NCBI GenBank assembly: GCA_963674745.2
Contig: CAXXDV010000003.1
Coordinates: 96,001 to 160,000, forward strand
DNA: 64,000 bases
Direction of reading: 5' to 3'
Source of the DNA: Desulfosudaceae bacterium
GTDB taxonomy: Bacteria; Desulfobacterota; Desulfobacteria; Desulfobacterales; Desulfosudaceae
Position numbers and translations under genes: made by a program. Numbering within the stretch: position 1 is the first letter of the stretch; each line of letters opens with the position of its first letter. Under the pieces are notes generated by a model. It was not told where the DNA came from and made no database searches. It was given only the letters and a program-made list of their open reading frames with translations. This document shows positions 10,340 through 18,513 of the stretch, in pieces.

Positions 10340-11284
10340 ATGAATGATAACTGGGAAGCGCTGATTGAGGGATTGAAAAACGGCCGCCCGCGGGCGCTGT
10401 CACGCCTGATTACCCGGGTGGAAAACCGTGAGCCCGGCTGGGAAGAGGCCATGAGAACCATTTATCCCGCCACCGGCCGGGCCAGGATTTTCGGTATCAC
10501 CGGGTCTCCCGGGGCCGGGAAAAGTACCCTCACCAAGGAACTCTCACTGGTGCTTTTGGAAAAAGGCCTGTCTATCGGTATTATCGCGGTTGATCCGTCC
10601 AGCCCCTTTTCAGGAGGCGCTTTACTGGGTGACCGCTTGCGCATGCAGGCACTTTACGAAGTGCCTCAAGTGTTTATCCGCTCCATGGCGACGCGCGGCC
10701 GCATGGGCGGGCTGTGTCATGCCGCCCGGGATGTGACCCGCATCCTGGATGCCTTCGGCAAGGACATCATTCTGATTGAGACCGTGGGCGTGGGCCAGGA
10801 CGAGATCGAGATTGTCCGTGTTTCAGATTCGGTGATGGTGGTCTGCGTGCCCGGTCAGGGCGATGGCATTCAGGCCATCAAGGCCGGCATCATGGAAATC
10901 GCCGATTTTTTTGTGGTCAACAAGGCCGATCGTGACGGTGCCGATGAACTGGCCGCCGACATCAACGCCATGCTGGAATTATCAACCCAGGCCGACGGCG
11001 CTAAACCACCGGTGTTGAAAACATCGGCCCTTAAAAAACAGGGCATAGAAGCATTGGCTGACTTTATCCTGCGGCCGCGAGCTGAGAACCGGCATTTTGA
11101 GAGGAAAAATATCCGGGAAGAGATTATGGGGCTGCTGGAAGGTGATGTCTCACGGCGGTTGCGTAACAGTCTTGAAAACAACCAGCGGATGAACGACCTG
11201 GTAGAGAAAATCGCCCGCCGTGAAACCGATCCTTATTCCGTGATGGAAGAACTTTTAAACGATTTAATCGATAAGATACGTTAA
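10340..11284 (+). CDS. meaB: MeaB/ArgK GTPase, chaperone of B12 mutases
   Basis: GITGSPGAGKST, AVDPSSPFSGGALLGDRLRM, ETVGVGQDE, NKAD. ATG 10340 preferred because the upstream extension lies in a repeat. Confidence 0.93.
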   Translation: MNDNWEALIEGLKNGRPRALSRLITRVENREPGWEEAMRTIYPATGRARIFGITGSPGAGKSTLTKELSLVLLEKGLSIGIIAVDPSSPFSGGALLGDRLRMQALYEVPQVFIRSMATRGRMGGLCHAARDVTRILDAFGKDIILIETVGVGQDEIEIVRVSDSVMVVCVPGQGDGIQAIKAGIMEIADFFVVNKADRDGADELAADINAMLELSTQADGAKPPVLKTSALKKQGIEALADFILRPRAENRHFERKNIREEIMGLLEGDVSRRLRNSLENNQRMNDLVEKIARRETDPYSVMEELLNDLIDKIR

Positions 11285-11301
11285 TACCAAGGAGGTTTGA
11301 C

Positions 11302-11610
11302 ATGATGACGCTGATTGCCGCCTTTATTTCCGGCATGCTGCTGTTTAACGCCGTGCCCCACCTGGTTCAGGGGATCTGCGGTAAATCCCATATGACGCCT
11401 TTTGCCCGCCGTTCCCCCGCCTGGGTTAACATTGTCTGGGCCTGGATCAACATCATTGGCGGATTCGTGGTATATGGTTTTTTTGATTGCTGTCAACAGG
11501 GACCGTCAGCCTGGTACGCCTTCGGTTTGGGCGGATTCGTTATTTCCCTGTACCTGGCCATATTCTGGAGTAATCCGGATGCCAGACTGCCCTGGCACTC
11601 CAAGGACTGA
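11302..11610 (+). CDS. Small integral membrane protein of unknown function
   Basis: 102 aa, about 3 hydrophobic segments, strong RBS AAGGAGG, motif FNAVPHLVQG. Confidence 0.8.
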   Translation: MMTLIAAFISGMLLFNAVPHLVQGICGKSHMTPFARRSPAWVNIVWAWINIIGGFVVYGFFDCCQQGPSAWYAFGLGGFVISLYLAIFWSNPDARLPWHSKD

Positions 11611-11628
11611 GGGCAGCTTTAAATTATT

Positions 11629-11731
11629 GGTTATTCTCCAATTTTGTGGGTGAGCTGGGTCCAAGGATTCAAGGGGTCGAGGGCTCAAGGGGGATGAAGT
11701 CCCTATCCTGCAACTAATCGGGAGACGGACC
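11629..11731. mobile_element. Non-autonomous ~103-bp element with ISL3-like ends and internal 8-nt tandem repeats
   Basis: Left end GGTTATTCTCCAATTTTGTGGG and right end CAACTAATCGGGAGACGGACC resemble the adjacent ISL3 TIRs. Internal units GGGTCCAA-GGATTCAA-GGGGTCGA-GGGCTCAA. Confidence 0.6.
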
Positions 11732-11749
11732 TGATTACTTAAAAACGTT

Positions 11750-13083
11750 GGTTCTTCTCCCAATTAGTGGGAGGAGTTAAGCTGCTAATAAAAAATGGAC
11801 ATCATCAGTTCTTTCTTCTATCCAGAAAGTTGAGAGACAATTCTGGAAGAAAGGAGACCGATGATGTCCGCTATGAGTATAAAGCCCTATCTCCCTTTTT
11901 GTCGAGTCCGTTTTACAAAACAAACGGTTTCTGACGCCGGAGATATGGCGATGATAATTGCCGAGCCAGACGAGCGCTATCGCCCTATTTGTTATAGTTG
12001 CGGCAGCCCGGCTCAAGGCGTTCATGACCAGGCCAGACGTCCGTTGCGGGATTTGAACCTTGGGGCCGCAAATGTATGGATCAACTGCAGATATCGTAAA
12101 ATTTATTGCCCCCGTTGCCAGGGTATTCGGGTTGAAGACCTGGACTTTTTCAATCCGTACCAGCGGGTTACCAAAAGACTGGCCCTTTATATCCATGAGT
12201 TGTGTAAGATTTTGACGGTCTCTGAAGTGGCCGCGCATTTGGAGCTCAACTGGAAGACGGTCAAAAATATTGATAAAAACTTTTTGGAAGAATCGTTTGG
12301 AAGGACGGACTACAGCGACTTGAGCATACTGGCGGTTGATGAAATCGCCATCCATAAAGGCCATACGTATATGACTGTTGTTTTGGACTATCAAACCGGT
12401 CGGGTGGTATGGCTTGGCAGGGGCCGATCCGTGGAGACGCTTCAAGTCTTTTTCGCCGGCATGAGCCAGGAACAGAAACAGGCGCTGGAAGCCATCGCCA
12501 TGGATATGTGGGATCCTTACATTAAAACGGTTCGAGAGAATGTGCCTCATGTAAAGATCGTGTTTGATCTTTTTCATGTGGTTCACGCATTTAATAAGGT
12601 GATCGACAAAGTTCGAATAGAAGAGTTTAGAAAAGCGACGAAGCCGGACCAGGCGATATACAAAGGAACCAAGTATTTGCTGCTGTCCAATCCCCAGAAT
12701 ATTCATAGCAGTGAGGCCCGGCAGCATTTGCGGCAGCTTCTTGAAATTAATGAAACCATATCTACGGTCATGATTTTGAAAGATTGTCTGAAGCGAATAT
12801 GGGACTATCAAAAAAGGGGCTGGGCCAAAAAGAGATTGGATGAATGGTGTGCCCTGGCCAGAACGGTGAGCCACAGGCCCGTACAGAAATTTGCCGACAT
12901 GCTTGAAAGGCACGCTTACGGCATCCTGAACCATTGCGATTATCCGATTCATACCAGTAAAATAGAAGGTGTTAATAATAAAATTAAGGTCATAAAACGA
13001 AAATCCTATGGATTTCATGACGATAGATACTTTACATTAAAGGTCATACAGGCCTTTTCCTCCCACTAATTGGGAGAAGAACC
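11750..13083 (+). mobile_element. Complete ISL3-family insertion sequence (1334 bp)
   Basis: Perfect 26-bp TIRs GGTTCTTCTCCCAATTAGTGGGAGGA (11750-11775, 13058-13083). 8-bp target duplication AAAACGTT (11742-11749, 13084-13091). Confidence 0.96.
11861..13069 (+). CDS. ISL3-family DDE transposase
   Basis: Zinc-finger CYSC...CPRC, AVDE, AMDMWDPY, VFDLFHV, EGVNNKIKVIKRKSYGF. Stop lies inside the right TIR. Confidence 0.95.
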   Translation: MMSAMSIKPYLPFCRVRFTKQTVSDAGDMAMIIAEPDERYRPICYSCGSPAQGVHDQARRPLRDLNLGAANVWINCRYRKIYCPRCQGIRVEDLDFFNPYQRVTKRLALYIHELCKILTVSEVAAHLELNWKTVKNIDKNFLEESFGRTDYSDLSILAVDEIAIHKGHTYMTVVLDYQTGRVVWLGRGRSVETLQVFFAGMSQEQKQALEAIAMDMWDPYIKTVRENVPHVKIVFDLFHVVHAFNKVIDKVRIEEFRKATKPDQAIYKGTKYLLLSNPQNIHSSEARQHLRQLLEINETISTVMILKDCLKRIWDYQKRGWAKKRLDEWCALARTVSHRPVQKFADMLERHAYGILNHCDYPIHTSKIEGVNNKIKVIKRKSYGFHDDRYFTLKVIQAFSSH

Positions 13084-13119
13084 AAAACGTTAAAAGCCAT
13101 CAAAATAGAGGAGTTCATC

Positions 13120-14466
13120 ATGACAGAAAACGCATCGATCCCGGTAACCGAGAAAATAGCCGCTTTTGTGGCGGATACCCGGGCCGAAGATATTCCGGAA
13201 GAGATGTTCGCGCATGCCCGGGTTGCTTTTATGGACTGGGTGGCCGTCACCCTGGGCGGCAAAGACGACCCCCTGGTCGACAAGTTGATATCGTATACGA
13301 ACAAACTGGGCGGATTGCCCCAGGCCACGATTATCGGCCGGGGCGGAATGAAAAAAAGCGTAGCCGATGCGGCCCTTATCAACGGCGCTGCCTCGCACGC
13401 CCTGGATTACGATGATACCCTGGTTTCGTTTCTGGGACATCCATCGGTGACCCTGTTCCCGGCCCTGGTGGCCCTGTCCGAATGGCGGGAGGAAAGCGGC
13501 CGGGATTTTCTGACTGCTTATCTGATCGGCCTTCAGGCCGGCGCCGTGGTTGGTGCCTGTGCCAGCCTGGACCACTACATGGCCGGCTGGCACGCTACGG
13601 CCACATTGGGGCATATCGCCTCGGCCGCGGCCTGCGCCCGGCTGCTTGGCCTGGGAAAAACACAGGCGCAATACGCGCTGGGCATCGGTGCCACCCAGTC
13701 TTCCGGATTGAAACGCGTTTTCGGCACCATGTGCAAGCCGTTTCATGCCGGCCGGGCTTCTCAATCAGGACTGATGGCGGCATTACTGGCGGCTGATGAT
13801 TTTACCAGTGCCGAAGATATTCTGGAAGGTCCCCAGGGGTTTTTTCAGGCCCTGAAAGGCACCATCAATAAAGATGCCGTTGAACTGTTGGGCCTTGGTT
13901 GGGACGTGGTCAACCTGTCCCAGAAATATCATGCCTCCTGTCATGCCACCCATTCTCCTCTGGAAGCCGCCCTGGCAGTGGTGAATGAAGAAAGGCTGTC
14001 TCCGGACCGGATTGCCGCCATTACCGTTCATTCTTCCCAGCTGGCCCTGGACGCGGCCGGCAAGCTGAAACCGCAGACCGGGCTGGAAGGTAAATTCAGC
14101 ATTCCTTTCTGCGTGGCCAACGCCATTATTACCGGTGTGACCGGGACGCAGGCCTTTACCGACCAGCAGGTCAAAGATTTTCGCATACAGGACCTGATGG
14201 GGAAAATAACGGTCAAGCTGGATGCCGGTAAAACCGCTCTGGAATCAACGATTGTCGTGGAAGATACCGAAGGAAACCGGTTTGAGCGATCTTCCGATAT
14301 CCTGCAGGAGATTCCGCCGCTGGAGCTGAAAGAAACACGGGTACGGCAGAAATTTATCGATCTTTGCCAACCGGTCATCGGCGAAGACAAAACAAAAGAG
14401 GCCATGAAGGATATCGATAATCTGGAAACGTTGTCGTCCATGAAAATATTCGCGGAGAAATTCTGA
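13120..14466 (+). CDS. MmgE/PrpD family protein
   Basis: NGAASHALDYDD, GHPS, GWHATAT, CKPFHAG, KYHASCHATH, GKFS. Confidence 0.9.
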   Translation: MTENASIPVTEKIAAFVADTRAEDIPEEMFAHARVAFMDWVAVTLGGKDDPLVDKLISYTNKLGGLPQATIIGRGGMKKSVADAALINGAASHALDYDDTLVSFLGHPSVTLFPALVALSEWREESGRDFLTAYLIGLQAGAVVGACASLDHYMAGWHATATLGHIASAAACARLLGLGKTQAQYALGIGATQSSGLKRVFGTMCKPFHAGRASQSGLMAALLAADDFTSAEDILEGPQGFFQALKGTINKDAVELLGLGWDVVNLSQKYHASCHATHSPLEAALAVVNEERLSPDRIAAITVHSSQLALDAAGKLKPQTGLEGKFSIPFCVANAIITGVTGTQAFTDQQVKDFRIQDLMGKITVKLDAGKTALESTIVVEDTEGNRFERSSDILQEIPPLELKETRVRQKFIDLCQPVIGEDKTKEAMKDIDNLETLSSMKIFAEKF

Positions 14467-14515
14467 TGGTTTCGTAAAAAGTCCAATAAAGCCCGCTTTA
14501 GGCGAAGGAGTTGTC

Positions 14516-15496
14516 ATGAATGAAAAAACCTGCCTGGTGACGGATATACAGCGATACTCGGTCAATGACGGGCCGGGCTTTCGCACCAATGTTTATTTAA
14601 AAGGATGTCCCCTGAAATGCACCTGGTGCCACAACCCGGAAACCATTTCCCCGGAACCGGACATATACTGGAAGCGCCGTTTGTGTGTGCAGTGCGGCGC
14701 CTGCCTGGATGTCTGCGACCGGGATGCCATATCCCCTCCCATTCCACCGGAAGAAGCGCAGCAGGAAGGCGCGACCTATCAGAAGATTATCCGTGAACGT
14801 TGCAATCGTTGTCTCAAGTGTATTGATGCCTGTGCCTATGACGCCCTGGAGATTTCCGGCCTCCCCATGACGGTGGAATCCGTTATGGCGGAAGTGGAGG
14901 CGGACCGTATTTTTTATGATACGTCCGGCGGCGGTATGACCTTAAGCGGTGGTGAGCCCACTTCGCAACGGGAGTTCTCTCTGGCGCTGCTGGCCGAAGC
15001 CAAAAACAGGCGCATTCATACCTGTCTGGATACCAACGGATTTTGCAATTGGGATTCCCTGGCTTCATTGTTACCAATGACCGATATCGTTCTGTTTGAC
15101 CTCAAGCACATGGATCCGGAACGGCACAAAGCCGGGACCGGTGTCGACAATAAACGCATTCTTGAAAACCTGGCCAGGCTGGCCGCTTCCGGTAAGGAAT
15201 ACTGGATCCGGATCCCGGTGGTCCCCGCTTTTAATGATGGTCCGGAATTTCATAAAACAGCCGCCCGTTTTCTGGCTGATCTGCCATCCCATCCGGCCCG
15301 GATCGACCTTCTGCCGTTTCATAACTGGTGTGAAAACAAGTATGACTGGCTCGGCCGGGACTGGGCACTGAAATTCACCGAGGCCATGCAGCCGTTTTTT
15401 CTGGAGTTGCCGGCGGAAATCTACCGGGATCAGGGCTTGACCGTGACCATCGGCGGCTCCGGGTTTGAGGAAACCGGGAAAGTCCAGAGCGCTTGA
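14516..15496 (+). CDS. assD: Glycyl-radical enzyme activating enzyme (radical SAM) for alkylsuccinate synthase
   Basis: DGPGFRT, CPLKCTWCHNPE (CxxxCxxC), ferredoxin insert CVQCGACLDVC/CNRCLKCIDAC, SGGEP, DTNG. Located near assA. Confidence 0.92.
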   Translation: MNEKTCLVTDIQRYSVNDGPGFRTNVYLKGCPLKCTWCHNPETISPEPDIYWKRRLCVQCGACLDVCDRDAISPPIPPEEAQQEGATYQKIIRERCNRCLKCIDACAYDALEISGLPMTVESVMAEVEADRIFYDTSGGGMTLSGGEPTSQREFSLALLAEAKNRRIHTCLDTNGFCNWDSLASLLPMTDIVLFDLKHMDPERHKAGTGVDNKRILENLARLAASGKEYWIRIPVVPAFNDGPEFHKTAARFLADLPSHPARIDLLPFHNWCENKYDWLGRDWALKFTEAMQPFFLELPAEIYRDQGLTVTIGGSGFEETGKVQSA

Positions 15497-15743
15497 TGTT
15501 TGTTGACGGCCGGGCAGAAAACTGTTATTATTGTATTATTAAAGTGGTTAAAAAGATACATGGGGGGGCTGCAACTTGCTTTGGTGAATCAACCTGATCG
15601 AATATCTTCAACCGACCTTTTCCTTATTCAGACATCGCAGCCATAGATCTCAAATTGAAGCGGGTGACCACAGATAAAGCTTGTGCTTCCAATTTTGTGG
15701 TTTGAGATAACATACCTAACTGTCATCATGAAAGGGGAATGAA

Positions 15744-16205
15744 ATGTTTTACAAAAAAAAGACCGGGGTATGGCTGGTCTGGGCAGTCGGTGCAGCCTTG
15801 GTGTTCCTTACCGGTGTTTTGCAACCGGACATCGCCCAGGCCGAGGTGGCTGTCATTGCCAATCCCTCTGTGCCCATCAGCAAGATTTCCAGTGATGATT
15901 TGAAAAAAATCTTTACCGGAAAGATGGTGGTCTGGGAGGGTGGCCAGTCAATCAAACCGGCCACATTGAATGACGGATCAGTACATGAAGAGTTTGTTAA
16001 AAACTATACCGGTAAAACCACCGACCAGTTTAAAACCTATTGGCGAAGGATGATTTTTACCGGGCAGGGGATTCAACCCAGAAGTTTTTCCAGTTCCAGG
16101 GACCTGATTGAGTATGTTTCTGAAACACCGGGCGCCATTGGATATGTTTCGCCTTCGGACATTTCGGCGGATTTAAAAAAGCTTAATGTTTCAGGAAAAG
16201 AATAA
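15744..16205 (+). CDS. Exported small periplasmic-binding-like protein (single PstS-like lobe)
   Basis: Signal peptide ending AQA, VIANPS, YWRRMIFTGQG, PGAIGYV. A family usually paired with a porin gene. Confidence 0.75.
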   Translation: MFYKKKTGVWLVWAVGAALVFLTGVLQPDIAQAEVAVIANPSVPISKISSDDLKKIFTGKMVVWEGGQSIKPATLNDGSVHEEFVKNYTGKTTDQFKTYWRRMIFTGQGIQPRSFSSSRDLIEYVSETPGAIGYVSPSDISADLKKLNVSGKE

Positions 16206-16215
16206 GGAGATAACC

Positions 16216-17610
16216 ATGAAGAAATTTATATTGCTAAGCATCATCAGTCTGGGGCTGGCAGCCAATGCCGGTGCGGTGGAACTGTCCGGAGGAGAACTTC
16301 ACGGTTTCATATCCCAGGGCTATTTGAATTCCAGCCACAATAATTTTCTTTCCCATGACAGCAAAGAGGGTAGTTTTGAATACATGGAGATGGGTATAAA
16401 TTTTAACAGATGGCTTACCCCCAACCTTACCGCCGGGTTTCAATTGTTTGCCAAGGACCTGGGCAAGGCCGAAAACCAGGAGGTCAAACTGGACTGGGCC
16501 ATCCTGAACTATCGCTGGGAACCCTGGCTCAACGCCAAAGCGGGCCGGCTGAAATTAAAGACCGGTTTGTACAATGACACCCGGGATATCGATATGGTCC
16601 GGCCCTGGGCGCTTCTGCCCCAGAGCTGTTACCTGGAGTATTTCCGGGACGCGTCCCTGTCGCTTGACGGCGGCGCGTTTTACGGAAATCTGCCCGCCGG
16701 CAAAATAGGCGACCTGTCCTATGAAGTTTATTTGGGAACCAAGGACATCAACACAGATCGCGACGGCACCATGACCCGGTTTATTGAAGACAATACCACC
16801 TTTGTTAACGAAGACATCAATAAATATGATTTTGACAGTGTCTGGGGGCTGAACCTTGAATGGCAAACCCCGGTAGAAGGACTGATCATCGGCGCATCGC
16901 ACACCAAGACGGACTTAAGGGTTTCCGCAACTTTCCAGGAAGATACCTTCGGCGGACCGCCCATGGTCAATGTCAACCAGGGCTTTGACCCCGCCACGGG
17001 CACCACCACCATCACCACCACGGTTACCACCATGGCCGTCAATGCCGGTGATTTACTTAAAACCCGGTACACGGAATTTGATGAACAGTATTATTACATC
17101 AGATATATCCGTGGGAACCTGGAGCTCTCAGGTGAATGCTGGCACCAGCGTAATGAACAAGATATCACGACCTGGTCCACCGGTGATATCGTCGCCACCA
17201 CGGAAACAACCGTCATCCCTGCGGCCGGCCCGCCAACCACCTCCACGGCGGTCAATGTGCTGGCCAACAGTTGGGCCAACATCATGGTTCAAAAAAGAGA
17301 AGCCCTGGGCTATTATGTGGCCGCAGCTTACCGGTTCAGTCACTGGTTTCAACTGGCCGGTTATTATTCGGTAGCCTTTCCGGATAAGGATGATAAGAGC
17401 GGTATTGATCAGGAAAAGGCCGGAAATAATGATTATGAAGCCTGGCTGAAAGATTATTGTATCACCCTGCGGTTTGATGTGGGCACCAACTGGACCTTCA
17501 AGCTGGAAAACCACTTTATGGACGGCGTCGCCTACCTCAACCGTGCTATCAACGGCGACCTCGAACAGCACTGGAACCTGTTTGTTGCCAAGGCCACATA
17601 TATGTTTTAG
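16216..17610 (+). CDS. Outer-membrane beta-barrel (porin-like) protein
   Basis: Signal peptide, HGFISQGY, LDWA, AGRLK, amphipathic beta strands, C-terminal TYMF. RBS AAGGAG before ATG 16216. Confidence 0.8.
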   Translation: MKKFILLSIISLGLAANAGAVELSGGELHGFISQGYLNSSHNNFLSHDSKEGSFEYMEMGINFNRWLTPNLTAGFQLFAKDLGKAENQEVKLDWAILNYRWEPWLNAKAGRLKLKTGLYNDTRDIDMVRPWALLPQSCYLEYFRDASLSLDGGAFYGNLPAGKIGDLSYEVYLGTKDINTDRDGTMTRFIEDNTTFVNEDINKYDFDSVWGLNLEWQTPVEGLIIGASHTKTDLRVSATFQEDTFGGPPMVNVNQGFDPATGTTTITTTVTTMAVNAGDLLKTRYTEFDEQYYYIRYIRGNLELSGECWHQRNEQDITTWSTGDIVATTETTVIPAAGPPTTSTAVNVLANSWANIMVQKREALGYYVAAAYRFSHWFQLAGYYSVAFPDKDDKSGIDQEKAGNNDYEAWLKDYCITLRFDVGTNWTFKLENHFMDGVAYLNRAINGDLEQHWNLFVAKATYMF

Positions 17611-17652
17611 GTGGTTATGTGGTTAAGTGATTAAGTGTTTAGGTGATTATGT
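17611..17652. repeat. 8-nt tandem repeat, five units
   Basis: GTGGTTAT-GTGGTTAA-GTGATTAA-GTGTTTAG-GTGATTAT. Confidence 0.75.
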
Positions 17653-17702
17653 AGCGGAGGGCTTTCCAGCATGTCCCACAACTCATCATTCCGGCTCGCC
17701 CT

Positions 17703-17727
17703 GTAGGGGCGACCGGCTGGTCGCCCT
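17703..17727 (+). repeat. GTAG-type REP-like palindrome
   Basis: GTAGGGGCGACCGGCTGGTCGCCCT. Confidence 0.6.
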
Positions 17728-17898
17728 CGTCCGAATGAGGATTGTTTAGGGTTATTAGACAGCCTGTTTCCATCCTCCGTAGCAGGCTACTGCGGAGGAC
17801 GGGTAGCCTTCCAGAGATAAGAGCAGGTTTTAGGTTTTATTGTTTTAGAAGCTTCTTATTTGGTGCTTCACTAATGAAATGACAAGCTCCGGTATAAT

Positions 17899-17945
17899 AA
17901 AAAAAGCCCCCCATTGCATTGATTCTGTCATGGGGGGCTTTTTTT
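17899..17945 (+). terminator. Intrinsic, probably bidirectional, terminator
   Basis: AAAAAAAGCCCCCCAT...ATGGGGGGCTTTTTTT. Confidence 0.85.
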
Positions 17946-18204
17946 ATGCCCATAGGCACGAACAAATGTATGCACACGTCCTCGATGCCCTCTCGTGCTT
18001 TGCGGCCGGATGATCGTTCCTCTCGGAAATCGGGTCATTGTGACCCAATTCTGCCCGCCCCCGTTATTTTAAAAATAAACCATTAAATTTTAGCATATTA
18101 TATTTTTTAAGCCAAATAATTGATCCCTTTTGGCGCAATTTGCCGTTTATGTCAAAATGAAAAATAATACTTATATTACAAGTATTTATAATATAATTAG
18201 CTCT

Positions 18205-18220
18205 TGGCATATAAATTGCT
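18205..18220 (+). promoter_or_regulatory. Sigma-54 promoter for the assC-assA operon
   Basis: TGGCATATAAATTGCT, about 75 nt upstream of assC, after an AT-rich tract. Confidence 0.8.
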
Positions 18221-18293
18221 CATAATTAAAACCAAGGGCAATATGAGACGTATCGTCACAGATTAAAACAGTTACTTAAATAAGGAGGCTATC

Positions 18294-18458
18294 ATGGCTG
18301 TATGTAATGAATGTAAACGTTTTTTCGCGCAGGATGAACAACCGGAAAAAGGTGACTGCGTCAGAAGAGGGGAAGATCCCCGGCAGGCGTTTTATACAGC
18401 CAGGCCGGTGACTGCCGAACAGGATGCGTCATCCTGTCCCGATTTTCAGAAGAAATAA
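18294..18458 (+). CDS. assC: Alkylsuccinate synthase gamma subunit (BssC/MasC-like), 54 aa, absent from the ORF track
   Basis: Hand translation MAVCNECKRFFAQDEQPEKGDCVRRGEDPRQAFYTARPVTAEQDASSCPDFQKK. CxxC..FF, KGDCV and C-x2-F pattern as in BssC. RBS AAGGAGG. Confidence 0.88.
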   Translation: MAVCNECKRFFAQDEQPEKGDCVRRGEDPRQAFYTARPVTAEQDASSCPDFQKK

Positions 18459-18513
18459 TGACCGGCTCAAGGGACATCACCTTTGACAACATAAAAAAGG
18501 CAAGGAGAACATT

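Noticed and set aside
9969..10347. Short ORFs 9969-10316 and 10138-10347
   Set aside because: They lie almost entirely within MITE-like repeats.
17611..17652. CRISPR array
   Set aside because: 8-nt units with no spacers and no cas genes.
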